Assembly: GCA_030295235.1 (NCBI GenBank)
Contig: AP026130.1
Coordinates: 496,001 to 560,000 of the forward strand
Direction: 5' to 3'
Length of the DNA stretch: 64,000 nt
DNA from: Fistulifera solaris
Taxonomy: Eukaryota
Below are positions 12,044 through 23,693 of the stretch, piece after piece. The notes under the pieces were generated by a model, which did no database searches, had not been told where the DNA came from, and saw nothing but the letters and a program-made list of their open reading frames with translations. Each line of letters begins with the position of its first letter. Position 1 is the stretch's first letter. The translations under genes and the position numbers were made by a program.

Positions 12044-13184
12044 GCTATTGAACTCAAACGGGTTAATTGTCTTTCGATGAGATCACTTTTTCTTAAACTG
12101 TGTGATCAACAACACAAAAGAAGTTTCCGCGTCGTTATTGTGCAAGATTGATCAAATAATGCGAAACGAGACGTTGCGAAAGAGGAAAAACTCGGAGGAT
12201 CGACTTTGTGTGCAACGGCTTCGCGGCATTTCCCCATGTGACGAAACGCGTCGCATTTTATTTAGGGAATCTGAGTACATTAAACGATAGTGTCGCTTGG
12301 AATTCGCTAAACACGTCGATCATAACCTCTCGCCTATAGCACACAATGTATGGATCCACGCGAGCCGGCTCGAAACACAACGAATAACGCTCTATGGCGA
12401 ATATAGCCTATTTAGTACGTGGTCAGCTGGATTGCATTTCAACGTATCGTGTCTGGGCGATCCTGGATCAGTCCCACTAACTGTAAACATGGTCATAGTG
12501 TGCACCGCTAACAGATCTAACTCCGCCCCTTCCTGATTGATGCCAGGCTATTGCAGCTTTTGTTTGTTCTAATTTGTGTTTTAAATTAATACCAATTTAA
12601 TCAGTTGCAATAGGCAAGTCAATACCTATTTTCAAGTATCCAATACTTCGATGGAAATTGTTCGCAGCGGGTACCATATCTATGCCGCATTAGTTGCGTT
12701 CCCAGCTTATCTTTTATCGTCGTAAATAATAGCTATATCCCGAAGACAACATCTCTCTTACGAATTGTAAGATAAGGCATTTGCATTATCTAATGAATGT
12801 AGCACGTAGGAGCTTCCGGCCAAAGTCTCATATTTTCAGCTTTCTCTGCATTCGACTTACCGCTTTCATTGAGGATAGGATCCATAGCTAGGCTTCTGTC
12901 TTTTTTAGAAGTAAACCTTCTTTCCATGTCTCGAACTCTAGCTAGAGGTAAAAGGGCTTCGTTCCTTTTCGACGTAGAACGTAAAGGTTGATATGCAACA
13001 AGGATAGAGTTTTAGTGTGTGTGAATGAAGAAAATGGCGCTGCGAGCAAGCTGCGCGGCGAGCGCGGACGAGGTTTCACTTATTTTTTTTTTTCAAACAA
13101 AACAAGCGAACCATTTGCTCCTTGCGATGATCGATTCGGCACCTTACCTTTGCGCTTGACATTGATACAGCCTTTACATTCACC

Positions 13185-14069
13185 ATGAGGGTTAAGCTCG
13201 TGCACTATTTATGTACGGTCATTCTGTGCGGCGCATCGAACGGGTTCCTCGTCGCTCATACGTCGCGTCTCAATAATCGAATCGAGTTGTCCGCCATTCG
13301 AGGGCCGCCGATGGAAACCAAACCCGACTACGATGCCATCGTTGGACCACTGGGTCGGGCGGTCGACAATTTATTTCTAGATTTGTTTCGTCAAAAGCTG
13401 GAAGAAAATGTTGGCTTTCAAACAAATGAAACTGGATATGCCGCCATCATAGATTTGACATCCAAGCTTAATGCCCGATATTCCGATCGAGAAGAGATTC
13501 GACGACGTGCGCAGAAAACATTAAGTGACTTGTTTCCTTCCTGGTTACCGGGCTCTTATGCAATTCTCTTTTCAAAGCCTTTCCCAAGGGTAAGCCTCTA
13601 GTAAGTGTTTTACTGATTTTTGGAGGAGCCGACTCACTTTCTCGTACTCCAGTTCTCCGCGAGAATGAACGCTTGGGCGACATGGTGGGCCGGAACGTGG
13701 TTGATGGGAGAATGTGAAATCAATGATATCACCGCGGATGGAAGAGAGCCCGGTCCAGCGCAAGGATTACTCGTCAAACGCTGTCGGTTTCTCGAAGAAG
13801 CCGGCTGTGCCTCCGTATGTGTCAACAGTTGCAAAATTCCTACGCAAAACTTTTTTCTGCAAGAAATGGGACTGCCGTTGACAATGGAACCAAACTATGA
13901 AACATTCGAATGTCAATTTTCGTTTGGGAAGACACCAACGCCCGAGACAGAATTGGATGCCGTGGGAACTCCCTGTCTCATGCGATGCCCTACAGCTGGT
14001 GCGCTCCGTGAATTTCATTCCAGATCACTGAATGATTCCGAAACAACGAGTCAATGTCATTTGATGTAG
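13185..14069 (+). CDS. Beta-carotene isomerase D27-like (DUF4033) plastid protein; intron 13590-13652
   Basis: WLMG.CE...V.RCRFLEEAGCASVCVNSCKIPTQ.FF...MGLPLTMEPNYETFECQFSFG..P is the D27 C-terminal signature. Bipartite presequence ending ASNG-F. Confidence 0.88.
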
Positions 14070-14180
14070 CTTAGAAAAAAAAAGAAAATAATAATATAGA
14101 CTGATAGACTTCTATAGAATGAAGCCAAGGGCCGATATCATTCTCAAAAATTCTAATAATCTAATTGAATGTTTTGAAGA

Positions 14181-15393
14181 TCAATCCATGTCAAATGCAA
14201 GCTCTGCATCCGGATTCGAGTCATGAGAAGGCTGTAGCGGGTCGGTGAGCTGTGAATCGTGCGTATAGTTGATGTCGTTTGAATGCGGGTACGAAGCAAG
14301 TTGCAACGGTGGAACAGCCTCGCCCCTGAGATTCGAATGGTTTGCGTTCGGTCGCATAAGACTCGGGCTGTGCTCTGGATTGGGATCGGAAAGTGATCGG
14401 GGCAATAGAGTATTGTTACCAAGTTCGTCTGTAGGTAGCTTGTCGAGGTCAGCAAACGCCATTTTCAGTGCATGGGATGGTTGAACTGACGCGCCAGCAG
14501 TCCCACGAAACCCTGCTTGTAAAACTTCCAGACCAGTAAGTGAAGTAGAGAGCATATCAGAGGGTCTGTCTCTCGTAAAGTCTTCATCATAAAACGTGAC
14601 AGTTCGGTTCTTTGTTTGCTGTGTTGTGTCCTCCGCTGGTTGCATAGGACTGCTAATTGTGGAATTATCGGTTGACGCTTCCATGAGCGCGGATAATGAC
14701 GAAGGCTGATGGTTATCCTGAGACGAAGCGCTCTCTTTTCGTTTTAACCGTGACTGCATGATGCGTTCCCCTATCGACAACGATGCCGGTAGCGATTGCG
14801 ACATATTTTTACTTCTATAGCGGACTCGGTGTTCCAGCGCCCGAATATCACCGGTATTTCTATCTCGATAACTACTGGGACCATCCAGAAATATCCCCCG
14901 ACTGTTGGAATCTCGCAGTGAACCATACGACGTTCGATCTTCGGTCTCGCCCAGAGGATTTTTCTGCGGACGCCATAGCAGGCGGCAGCATTGCTGGGTA
15001 TTGTAAAGCCTGTTTGTTGTCACTATCTGATATAGCCGTAAGTCGAGGTGCTCGGAGAAGATGATTCGGTAAAGAAGAAGAGGTGTAAACGCTTCGCGAG
15101 TTCTCTGTAGCAATGCTAAGGGCATCTAGCTCTAAATGAATTGTATCAATATCATCGTCGTCATCGCCCAGCTCATCGTCACTCGATTCGGGATACGGGT
15201 CGTTATCATTTCTGACAATAGCAATCGGGTTGGATCGAATTCCGTTATTTTGTCGAAGCTGCGGCAAGGCAATAGGGCGACCGCCCAAAGACTGAGAAAT
15301 GGGAGCATGCATCGTCCACCTTTCCGGTGAATCATCGTCGGCCGCTCCTCCTTCTGCTTCGTTTACAAAATTGTGCGACGACATCGCTTTCAT
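14181..15393 (-). CDS. Disordered hypothetical protein; frameshift near 14959-14963
   Basis: Two overlapping ORFs join by removing one base from a 5-nt run. Ser/Asp-rich; ends AFDMD. Confidence 0.5.
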
Positions 15394-15867
15394 TACTATC
15401 TCGTCTGTCTCTATCAATAAGGCTCGACAACACCAAGGATAAATATACAAAAATGACAAAGGAACACCTTCATTGTGAGAGCACTGCGGCAAGAATGACA
15501 GTTGCCGCAGTTTTTATAATGCATTCGTATTACAGAGATTACAGTACGGTACCAGTACAGAGTACTGTACCACCTCGTTTTCGTTGGTGTGTCACTTTTA
15601 GTACACTTCACTGCACAATAGATCGACTCTATCGAAATCTTAAATATATTACGGAGTATAACAGTATTTGTAAAGCTGACAGTCGCATAGCGTATGAGAT
15701 CTATTTCTCATTAATTCATTCGTCTGTTTTCGACCGCATGAAAACACGCCCATTTTTCTCCTTTTTGTGAAAAATCTCCACGAAAAGCGCAACCATTTCA
15801 AATAAGCATGTCAATGAATTAAATGCTTTTTTCCTAATCCTTCACACAAAAGGGTACAAGAAAGAGC

Positions 15868-16734
15868 ATGCAGTGGAAAAAGATCTCGTTTGGGTACTTA
15901 CTAGCCGGTGCTCTATGCCTGCAAGCAGCCGCAACATCTCGTCACATGCGGGCCGTCGAGTCACGAACTTTTCAAAGTCGACTGAATCATTTTCGAGGAG
16001 GAAGACTGAGTTCTTCTGATTTCGAAAGCCAGAAATCATCCGATTATTCACCCGAGTACTATCAAGATGTCGAACCGCCTACTCATGAAACAACTGTTCA
16101 AGATAATATTGACACGTGGAGAGCGCAACAACGACAACGTGCGGAAGCGACACAACATTCAATGCGTGATGATCAGGGGCGCGTAAAATTGCTGACATCC
16201 GTCGGAAAAGGTTCTCGTGCTCTTATTTTCTTTGTGTTGATGTTGCGTGATATACATCTCTATGAAGTAGCTGACGCCTCTCGCAAAGGTCTTGCCCGAT
16301 TACTGTGTGTGACACCTTTGATCGCTCTTTTTCTCTCCAACATGGTGGGTGCGTTTGCTTCGCTCGCAAGCCCAACTCATGCGACCAAGAAACGACTCAA
16401 GGCGATATTGAATCTTGACAAGGCTCTCGAGGTTGTTTTGATGGTATTTTATTTGTTACGGTTAACAATATTTCCTCCGGCGCACATCCCCCGAGAGACT
16501 TTCATTGCGAATATTTTCCACTCGGTGTTTTTCATCCTACAAGCCCAAACTTACACCCGTTTGTCTTGGGATGAAACGGCGGCTCCATCAATCAATAGTT
16601 ATGCCGTCCCAAACAACCAACTTCGGCAGTTTTCTGCTTCATCTTATAACACTTATGGCAATCAACCAGAGGCGCAAACGTTCCAGCCGACTCAACTCGG
16701 GAAAGAATCTTCGGAAACTTCAAACTATCCATAA
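15868..16734 (+). CDS. Signal-peptide-bearing multi-pass membrane protein, function unknown
   Basis: 288-aa ORF with a signal peptide, an FRGG motif after the presequence, and about 4 hydrophobic helices. Confidence 0.65.
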   Translation: MQWKKISFGYLLAGALCLQAAATSRHMRAVESRTFQSRLNHFRGGRLSSSDFESQKSSDYSPEYYQDVEPPTHETTVQDNIDTWRAQQRQRAEATQHSMRDDQGRVKLLTSVGKGSRALIFFVLMLRDIHLYEVADASRKGLARLLCVTPLIALFLSNMVGAFASLASPTHATKKRLKAILNLDKALEVVLMVFYLLRLTIFPPAHIPRETFIANIFHSVFFILQAQTYTRLSWDETAAPSINSYAVPNNQLRQFSASSYNTYGNQPEAQTFQPTQLGKESSETSNYP

Positions 16735-16778
16735 AATGATAAAGGGCGATACATCAACTTTTTCTCATTTAAAAGGGT

Positions 16779-17063
16779 TTAATCCTCTTTAGTAGAATCG
16801 TCTGTTTCGTGTGTGGCTGTATGCACATGCACTCCATCGTTTTCTTCCAGTGAGTTGCAATCTTTGTGCAACCGCGATAGACCCGCTACAACCAGAAGTG
16901 ACAGAAGGGCTACAAATCGCGACAATGGCGGAAACGGATCCACAATAAACAAAAAGGCACACACCAGTAAAGTTCCCTTGGCCACATATTCAAAGGGCAC
17001 GTACGACAGTAATGCTAAACCTGCTGCCAACGGAACATGCCTTCCTCCTCCGAGGGTGCTCAT
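16779..17063 (-). CDS. Small membrane protein
   Basis: 94-aa ATG ORF with 2-3 hydrophobic segments, convergent with the neighbouring gene. Confidence 0.5.
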   Translation of the reverse strand: MSTLGGGRHVPLAAGLALLSYVPFEYVAKGTLLVCAFLFIVDPFPPLSRFVALLSLLVVAGLSRLHKDCNSLEENDGVHVHTATHETDDSTKED

Positions 17064-17314
17064 GATAATATGACCCTTTTAATTACTCCGTACTCCGGAT
17101 TTTGATTAGAAAAGGAGTGGAAGACGAATGAAAAAAGCAACGTGTGCAACTAATAGTTTTCACATATGTACATTTTGTCACATAGTAGAAAAGTGCCCCT
17201 TTCCGCGAGACCGATGATCGGCGCGTTTCGGCGCGCACTTCTTCGGCCGAAGAATTTTTGTAAAGAGTAAAGAATAACAAAACAATAAACGAGACGAACG
17301 AGTCAAACATCAGT

Positions 17315-19163
17315 ATGTCACCAAGAACAACAACAGAATCAATTATCCCGCTCTTATTCTATGTTCTTCTTTTCGTACAAACCGTCGCTTCGTCTTTTGC
17401 CGTGGGGCGACATCAATGTCATTGTCGTGACCGATGTACATTCCTGGGTCGCCGGTCAGCGGCATTTGTTTTCACAAGCCGCCGATTATGGGGATGTGCT
17501 TTCCTTTTACGAACAACTGCCGCACGAAGAGCAAGATATATTCTTTGTTATGAATGGTGACTTCATGGACGGCACGGGTCTATCGACAATTCCCCCGACG
17601 CATTTATTGCCGATTCTGGAGCACATGCCGTGGGATGTGGTGAACATGGGGAATCATGAGTTGTATCATAGCGAAACCGTCGAGTACATGAAGACTTCGG
17701 GATTTATTGATCACTGGAAGGGGAACTATTTGACTTCCAATGTCGTATGGTCGTCCTCGGGAAAACCCATCGGAAATCGATACACGATCCTACACGCAGC
17801 CCACAATCGTGCGAAAATACTCACGTTCGGTTTTTTGTACAATTTTCAAGGAAACTGCAACACTACTCAAGTTATTCTGGTACAGGACGCTGTAAAGGAG
17901 GATTGGTTTCGTTCGGTGCTGCGACACGAAGACTACGATGCTATTCTTGTTTTGGCTCATATGGATTACGAAGATGAACTCGTGTCGGTGGTTCATCAGG
18001 CAATTCGAAATATTGTCGGTCCCAGCATGCCGATTCAGTTTATCAACGGCCATTCTCATCGTCGTGGTTCCGCTCAACTCGATAATAGCAGTGCAGCCAT
18101 GGAAGCCGGGCACTTTCTGGATACGGTCGGATTTGTGAGTTTCCCCGTAAAACAAACGGTACTATCTTCCGATGCCACCTTGTCGCTCTTTCAAAATACA
18201 TTCGTCGATGCGGCTGTACCCGACTTGGCGCAAGCCTTGGAGCAAACGTCGCTTCCTAGTACCGACGCGGGTGAAGCTCTTTCCTCGCTCATTCGTCAAA
18301 CAAGGGATTCGCTACGACTCGAGCAACCGGTCGGTTGTGCTCCCCAGACATTTCGGCTGGGTCTGTCATTGGATGACCCCAATTCGCTGTGGGGACTTTA
18401 CATGGACCATGTTGTAAAAATGGAGCTCTTACGGCAGAATGAATCCTTGGTGTACATACAAGGCACAGGCTTGTTACGCTATGATTTATATGCAGGGCCC
18501 ATTACAGTCGATGACATAATAGCAGTGACCCCATTTAACGATTCGATCTACAGTGTCGTCGAAAATGTGGACGGTGAGATTCTAAGGACGATTTTGCAAG
18601 CCTTGGAGAACTCTTCTTCAGCAGTCGGGACTGCCTTGCCTCCATTTGTCAGCACTTTGTCCTCCTACGACGTCGTTGCGACAAATCGATACAAACTACT
18701 CAGTTCGGACTACGACGCGCCTCGAATATGCCGGTTGATTTCTTTGATAGTACCTGAAATCAAGTCATCTTGTCGCCCTTCTCTCTATTTATATACGCCA
18801 ACGGATGCTTTGATGATTGACTTATGGATTGCTTATATCCAGTCTCAATGGAGTTGCGAGTGGCATCAAGACGAAGAAGCGCCAAGTGCCGTCTTTTTCC
18901 TTGCCATGCTCGTTCTCTTTGCCGCATTCGCGTTCTTATTTTATCACTTTTTCGCCCCTAGAACCGTTCGAACCAAAGGGTTTACCCCACGTGAGACGTT
19001 AGATGACGAAAGAACGCCAATAATCCGGAACCGATACTCAGGATCATCGTGTGACCAAGACCAACGGAGTGATAATACTAGTGGACATAAGAAAGCGGCG
19101 TCCCTCATGTTACCACAACATGTGTTGGTGTCCGTTTTTGAAAAAGACTCAACTGTAATTTAA
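17315..19163 (+). CDS. Membrane-anchored 5'-nucleotidase-type calcineurin-like metallophosphoesterase (YHR202W-like)
   Basis: Metal motifs TDVHSW, NGDFMDG, GNHELY, LAHM, GHSH, plus a C-terminal TM helix. The signal-peptide ORF from 17315 joins by removing one T at 17395-17398. Confidence 0.85.
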
Positions 19164-19477
19164 TTACGTATCTGTAAAATATTTTGCGATATTGTTTGTT
19201 AAGTATGTCAATGGAGTCCGCAACCTTTTGGTGGGCCTAGTTTTCTCAAAGAGTAAGGTTATGATTTAGTGGAATGCGTCTTCACATCGCACAGGGTTTA
19301 AAAATTGTATCCCGCAACCCCTGAAGAGAAGCGAGTCCTGGTTGAAGTTCACGAGGATGATGCTTGATGACGATGGGGCGATGAAAGTGTTTGCAATGGC
19401 AAGCAAATAATAATTCAAAACACAACCAGTAATCCAAAATATTCTACATCTTTCTTTGATCGAGATACAAAGCAAAA

Positions 19478-19950
19478 ATGGCGATGAATAATCTAATGCT
19501 AGCGCAAATGATGAAGGATATGCAGGTAAATGATGAATGTCGACGAGTTACAGGATGTTAATGGGGTCCAGTCTATACTCAATCCGTTTCTTTTTCTCAC
19601 GCAAGGATCCTGAAATGATGCGAGAAGCTCAGAAGTTGATGCAGGATCCCGCTTTCCAGGCCCACATGAAAAAGATGATGCAGTCGGCAGGCTTCCAGCA
19701 AGCGATGGCTCAGACGAAGCAAAGTCTGCAAGATCCGGAAAAAGCCAAAGAATTGGAAGAAAAGGCCAAGAAAGCTTTGGAGGAAGGAAATAAGGAATTA
19801 GAGAAAAATCGAACAAGTGCGAAAAGAACTGGCGGAAAAGCAGTCGGAAGGAGAGGATAAGGATAAAGAAGATGAGGCTGAGGACAAAAGAAAGCAGCCG
19901 TCGAGGAGCAGGAAGATATCCCTGATATTCCGTCACTCAACCTCAACTAA
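19478..19950 (+). CDS. STI1/DP-repeat coiled-coil protein; intron 19526-19605, frameshifts at 19804-19808 and 19886-19889
   Basis: MLAQMMKDMQ|DPEMMREAQKLMQDPAFQ...LQDPEK. The corrected C-terminus ends IPDIPSLNLN*. The 5' end may be incomplete. Confidence 0.55.
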
Positions 19951-19992
19951 CGCTTTCAATTTACGCAACACATCAATAACAAGAGGAAACTT

Positions 19993-20013
19993 TGTGTGTG
20001 TGTGTGTGTGTGT
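19993..20013. repeat. (TG)10 microsatellite
   Basis: Read directly; lies between convergent gene ends. Confidence 0.9.
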
Positions 20014-20075
20014 ACGTTCTAATAATTTATTGTTCGACTGTCAGTAGCTCTGTGGACTTTGTGGTAGAATAACTC

Positions 20076-21886
20076 TCAAGTCGTTTTGTGATCTTTCACC
20101 CATACGTCAACGCCATCTCGCAGACGTTTCAGAATTGTTTCTTCACTAATTTCCTTGATGACAGTATCATCAGCGTAATTGCATCGTTTCGCTCGAACTC
20201 GCAGTTTATTCTCTCGGGTAATTTCGACCATTACTTGTATGCCGCCCTCCTTTGTTTGCGTGCGACGTGGTGCAGTCGATGATTTCTCCGTTCCGCGTTG
20301 CTTCTCCTCCCTCGCGACTCACGTAGTTCTTTCCCGTCGAAGTTGGCAAGAATAGAAGTTGCACCCCTTGCGAATGTTGAATGCCGGACTTTGAAATGGG
20401 GTCGACTACAGGTACAGCTCGAATTGGGGTCGTCAATCCTTTTCCCGATTCGGCGAGCAGCTCAGCCCATTCTCGGATATATTCTACCAAAGATGCATAA
20501 TTTTTCGTTACTTCTGTTTCTGCCAGCTCCTGTCGCCAAAGTTCGGGGCCGTCCAACTTTAAGAAGAAGTCATCGAGCAAATCGTTTAGCTCCTCTTCGT
20601 TCCGTGTAACGGGCAACTTCCCCTACACATGACAATGTTGCATTTCTGGCAGCAGGTTGATACCCAATAGCTTGCGTCAAAATGGTGATGGCTGTATCGG
20701 GATCCGTTGATCCATCTACTACGTCACCGGGTTCGAATGCGAAGGCATCCTTTGATTCCTTCAGTTCGCCGAATTTGCACACAGTGTAATCCATCGCCGG
20801 TTCTACCACTCGGTTCCGTACGGTGTTGATGATAGCTTCTTCGATCTGTCGACGTTTATCAAGCTTCGCACCCATCATATTTTGCATTGTGTAAGGCATC
20901 TTATTTGTCCGCTCGGTTCCCACGGTTGATACTGCAATCAGCTGACTTGGTGGCGAGCCGAGCGAGCCATTTGGTTGCAACGTCTTCCGTAAAAGCCGGT
21001 CAAAAGCATTGTAAAGAGCCGATTTGTCACTCCAGCTCGTACAGAATACCACGACGCAAGCCGCATTATCAGCTCCAATAGGCATGGTAGCAGTGGGCTT
21101 ATAAACATCCACATTCAAGCCAGGAAGCATCTTTTTCAATGAATCGGTTAAATCAGGAACCAGCCGTTTCGCGTAAGGATCCGAACTGGTGTCCGCCAAG
21201 ATCAAAACTCGCTGTTGAGATCGATCGGTTGCTACAGGAGAGTCTTTCTCCGATGCTGCACTCATTCGGTTCTTTTCCTCTTGTTGAGCTTGATCGACGC
21301 TGCCGATCAACGAAGACGACGACAAGCCGACTGTAGCTCCACGAATCGTCCCCCATGCACCCCAATCCAGTCCACGACCACCTTCCATAGAGCGATCCGC
21401 TGCAGCAGCTAATTTCGTCGACTGTCGTTGACTTTCCGTCTCTTTCAAAAAGGCAGCCGTAAGAGTATCGATTTTTTCGAGCAATTTCGTCGATTCACGT
21501 TTCGCGTTCAATTCCGATTGCACTGCCATGGTTTCTCGCTTCTTGGCGAATTCGGCATTCATGCGAGCACGCAGAGTCTCGATTTCATCGATCCCTTCCG
21601 CAATCGCGTCATTAATCACTTCAGCGGCGGCGGCCTTGAGTTCGTTCGCTTCTTGTTCCGTCAAGGGCTCCAACATACTGCCCAAGTCAATACCAAGTTT
21701 CTTGCGATTTTCGCTGGGAGTATCTCCGAGATTGAAAAAGAAAGGTATTTGTTTGTCTTCATCGTCGTCCTGTTTGGCGAATAACGAGACGGCGTGAATC
21801 GTTCGCGTGTCGGTCGGTGGAAGCCAGCCGTGAACCACGCGTGACGACACTATTGCGCAAATAATGCCCCCAACTTGAAAGCGCAT
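20076..21886 (-). CDS. Plastid-targeted coiled-coil plus degenerate NAD(P)-binding Rossmann-like protein; frameshifts near 20620 and 20310
   Basis: Presequence VVHG-W. Segment LIAVSTVGTERTNKMPYTMQN..GAKLDKRRQIEE resembles atypical SDR/Tic62-like proteins. Corrected C-terminus KEGGIQVMVE...LRVRAKRCNY...KEISEETILKRL. Confidence 0.6.
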
Positions 21887-22330
21887 TCTTCAGCTTCTAT
21901 TACCAGGTTTTTCAGCAGAATGGGCGAGTCGCCAGCCTTCTAGTTCGAAGTACTGTACACGCAGTTTATTGCAAACGCATGATAATGAGAATGAGAACAC
22001 AAAGTCAAGAATGCGTCGCGAAGAGAAAGATACGCGGAAGAATGTTCCACGTACGTTAAGGCTAAGGATCTCGACGCATGCAGTTTCGAAGATCCGAAAC
22101 TCAGTCACGCAGAGACTCCAAGAAAGGTAAGAATCGGAGCCCCAACGGACAAACATTTACTCAACGGCTCATAGTATACTGCGATCCGGGACTAGTAAAT
22201 TTTTGTTTTGAGTTTTGACAGCTGCTCGGCTCGAGATCATCGCAAATGCAATCCATCGCATTCATTACTTTCATTAACCTAACTTCTTACCAGTAATCTC
22301 TTCTCGTTACCGTTGCAGTCAGGCGAAATA

Positions 22331-23545
22331 ATGAAGATAACAGTTTTCTTCTTTCTGATGTCACATGTTCGGTCTTTTCAACGGCCACCTCGATTACAAC
22401 ATTTTCATCTGTCGAGCAATCTCCAGTCGTTCAACAATAAAAAGCCAGATGCAGATGATGCCCTATCCATTCCGTATATTCCTTTAACCTACGAATCTAT
22501 TGAAGAAACTTATTCTTCCGAAGAGTCGGAAAAGGAACTCGACATCCGATCCACAATGAACGTAGTTTTACCGTTCCTGTTTCCCTTTTTTGCCTTTGAA
22601 ACGTACGATGAAGTGGCCGCCTTGTGGGAATTTTGCGTTGAAACGCTCTTCACGAAATCATGGGTCACGGTCGACGGAGGTGCTTATCAAGCCCGGATCA
22701 TCGCTCCGGCAGTCAATGGAGTGGTGGTTCCGGCCATGGCGGTGTTATTTGCGACCTTGACATCCACGACGATCAGTTCGTTACGGGATCGTCAGCATAC
22801 GGTCCATCGCAGTATTAACCTGGAAGCGGGAGAACTGCGCGCTCTGGAATGTGTGCTGGAAGAATTTCCTACCGGGAATTTGAAACGAAGTGCGCGCAAT
22901 TATCTGGTTCAATACACGTCCCGATTGATTTCGGAAAGCAGTCCCCGCGAAAGCCTGGATCATGATTTTACGAATCCTAGACGGAACATGGACTCGGAAC
23001 TCAATGGTCTTATTAGTTTACTCAATCGGCATGTACGAGAACAAGATCAGAAGCAGACCACCGAAACGATTCCTCCGCACATTCTTTCGGAAGTTTATTC
23101 ATCTGTGACGAAATTACGAGATCATCGTCACAACCGCATCACTGCGCTTCAATCATACTTCCCGCCCTTGCACTACGCAGTGCTGGGTGTTTTGGCTCTT
23201 TCGGAATGCATAGCCTTTCTCATGGAAACGAATCAGGAGATTTTGGTATTTTTGAATGCATTTCAGTTGAGAATTTTGTGGAGTATGCTGACGAGCACAT
23301 TTGTGGCTTGCTTTGCGCTATTTAGTGACCTAAATTCTCCGTTTTCGGGCTCTTACTCGATCGCAACGAGCGCCGACCAGTTGCGTACAATTCGTATTAC
23401 ATTGAACGCTTCCGCACGACAGGAAGAGCGAGAAACCGAGAAAAATGGCAAGGAGCATACTACGGTAAAGACCCAACAGATTTTTACTCAGCAAGTGAAA
23501 AATATCACGATGTCTGGGACAGGCACAAACGGAATTGAAGAATGA
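22331..23545 (+). CDS. DUF4239/bestrophin-like membrane protein, probably plastid-targeted
   Basis: LFATL...RQ......EAGELRAL, R..RITAL...FP..H, DLNSPFSG.YSI. Presequence ending VRS-F. Confidence 0.65.
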   Translation: MKITVFFFLMSHVRSFQRPPRLQHFHLSSNLQSFNNKKPDADDALSIPYIPLTYESIEETYSSEESEKELDIRSTMNVVLPFLFPFFAFETYDEVAALWEFCVETLFTKSWVTVDGGAYQARIIAPAVNGVVVPAMAVLFATLTSTTISSLRDRQHTVHRSINLEAGELRALECVLEEFPTGNLKRSARNYLVQYTSRLISESSPRESLDHDFTNPRRNMDSELNGLISLLNRHVREQDQKQTTETIPPHILSEVYSSVTKLRDHRHNRITALQSYFPPLHYAVLGVLALSECIAFLMETNQEILVFLNAFQLRILWSMLTSTFVACFALFSDLNSPFSGSYSIATSADQLRTIRITLNASARQEERETEKNGKEHTTVKTQQIFTQQVKNITMSGTGTNGIEE

Positions 23546-23693
23546 GACACAAGCGCGGGATGGATGACAAGCGCCAACTACGGTGGCATCGAATGGTGTG
23601 CGTTTTTGAGTAAGACATGATGTAGAGAGAGTAAATAGATTAGAAGGCGTCGAATACCCATAACACTTTGCATATGTTAAACTCTTATATTGT

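Noticed and set aside
12540..12980. AT-richer intergenic stretch as a centromere-like region
   Set aside because: Short and only moderately AT-rich, with no other support
19340..19400. U3-like snoRNA (CACGAGGATGA, TGATGA)
   Set aside because: Boxes A, B and D were not found in the expected order
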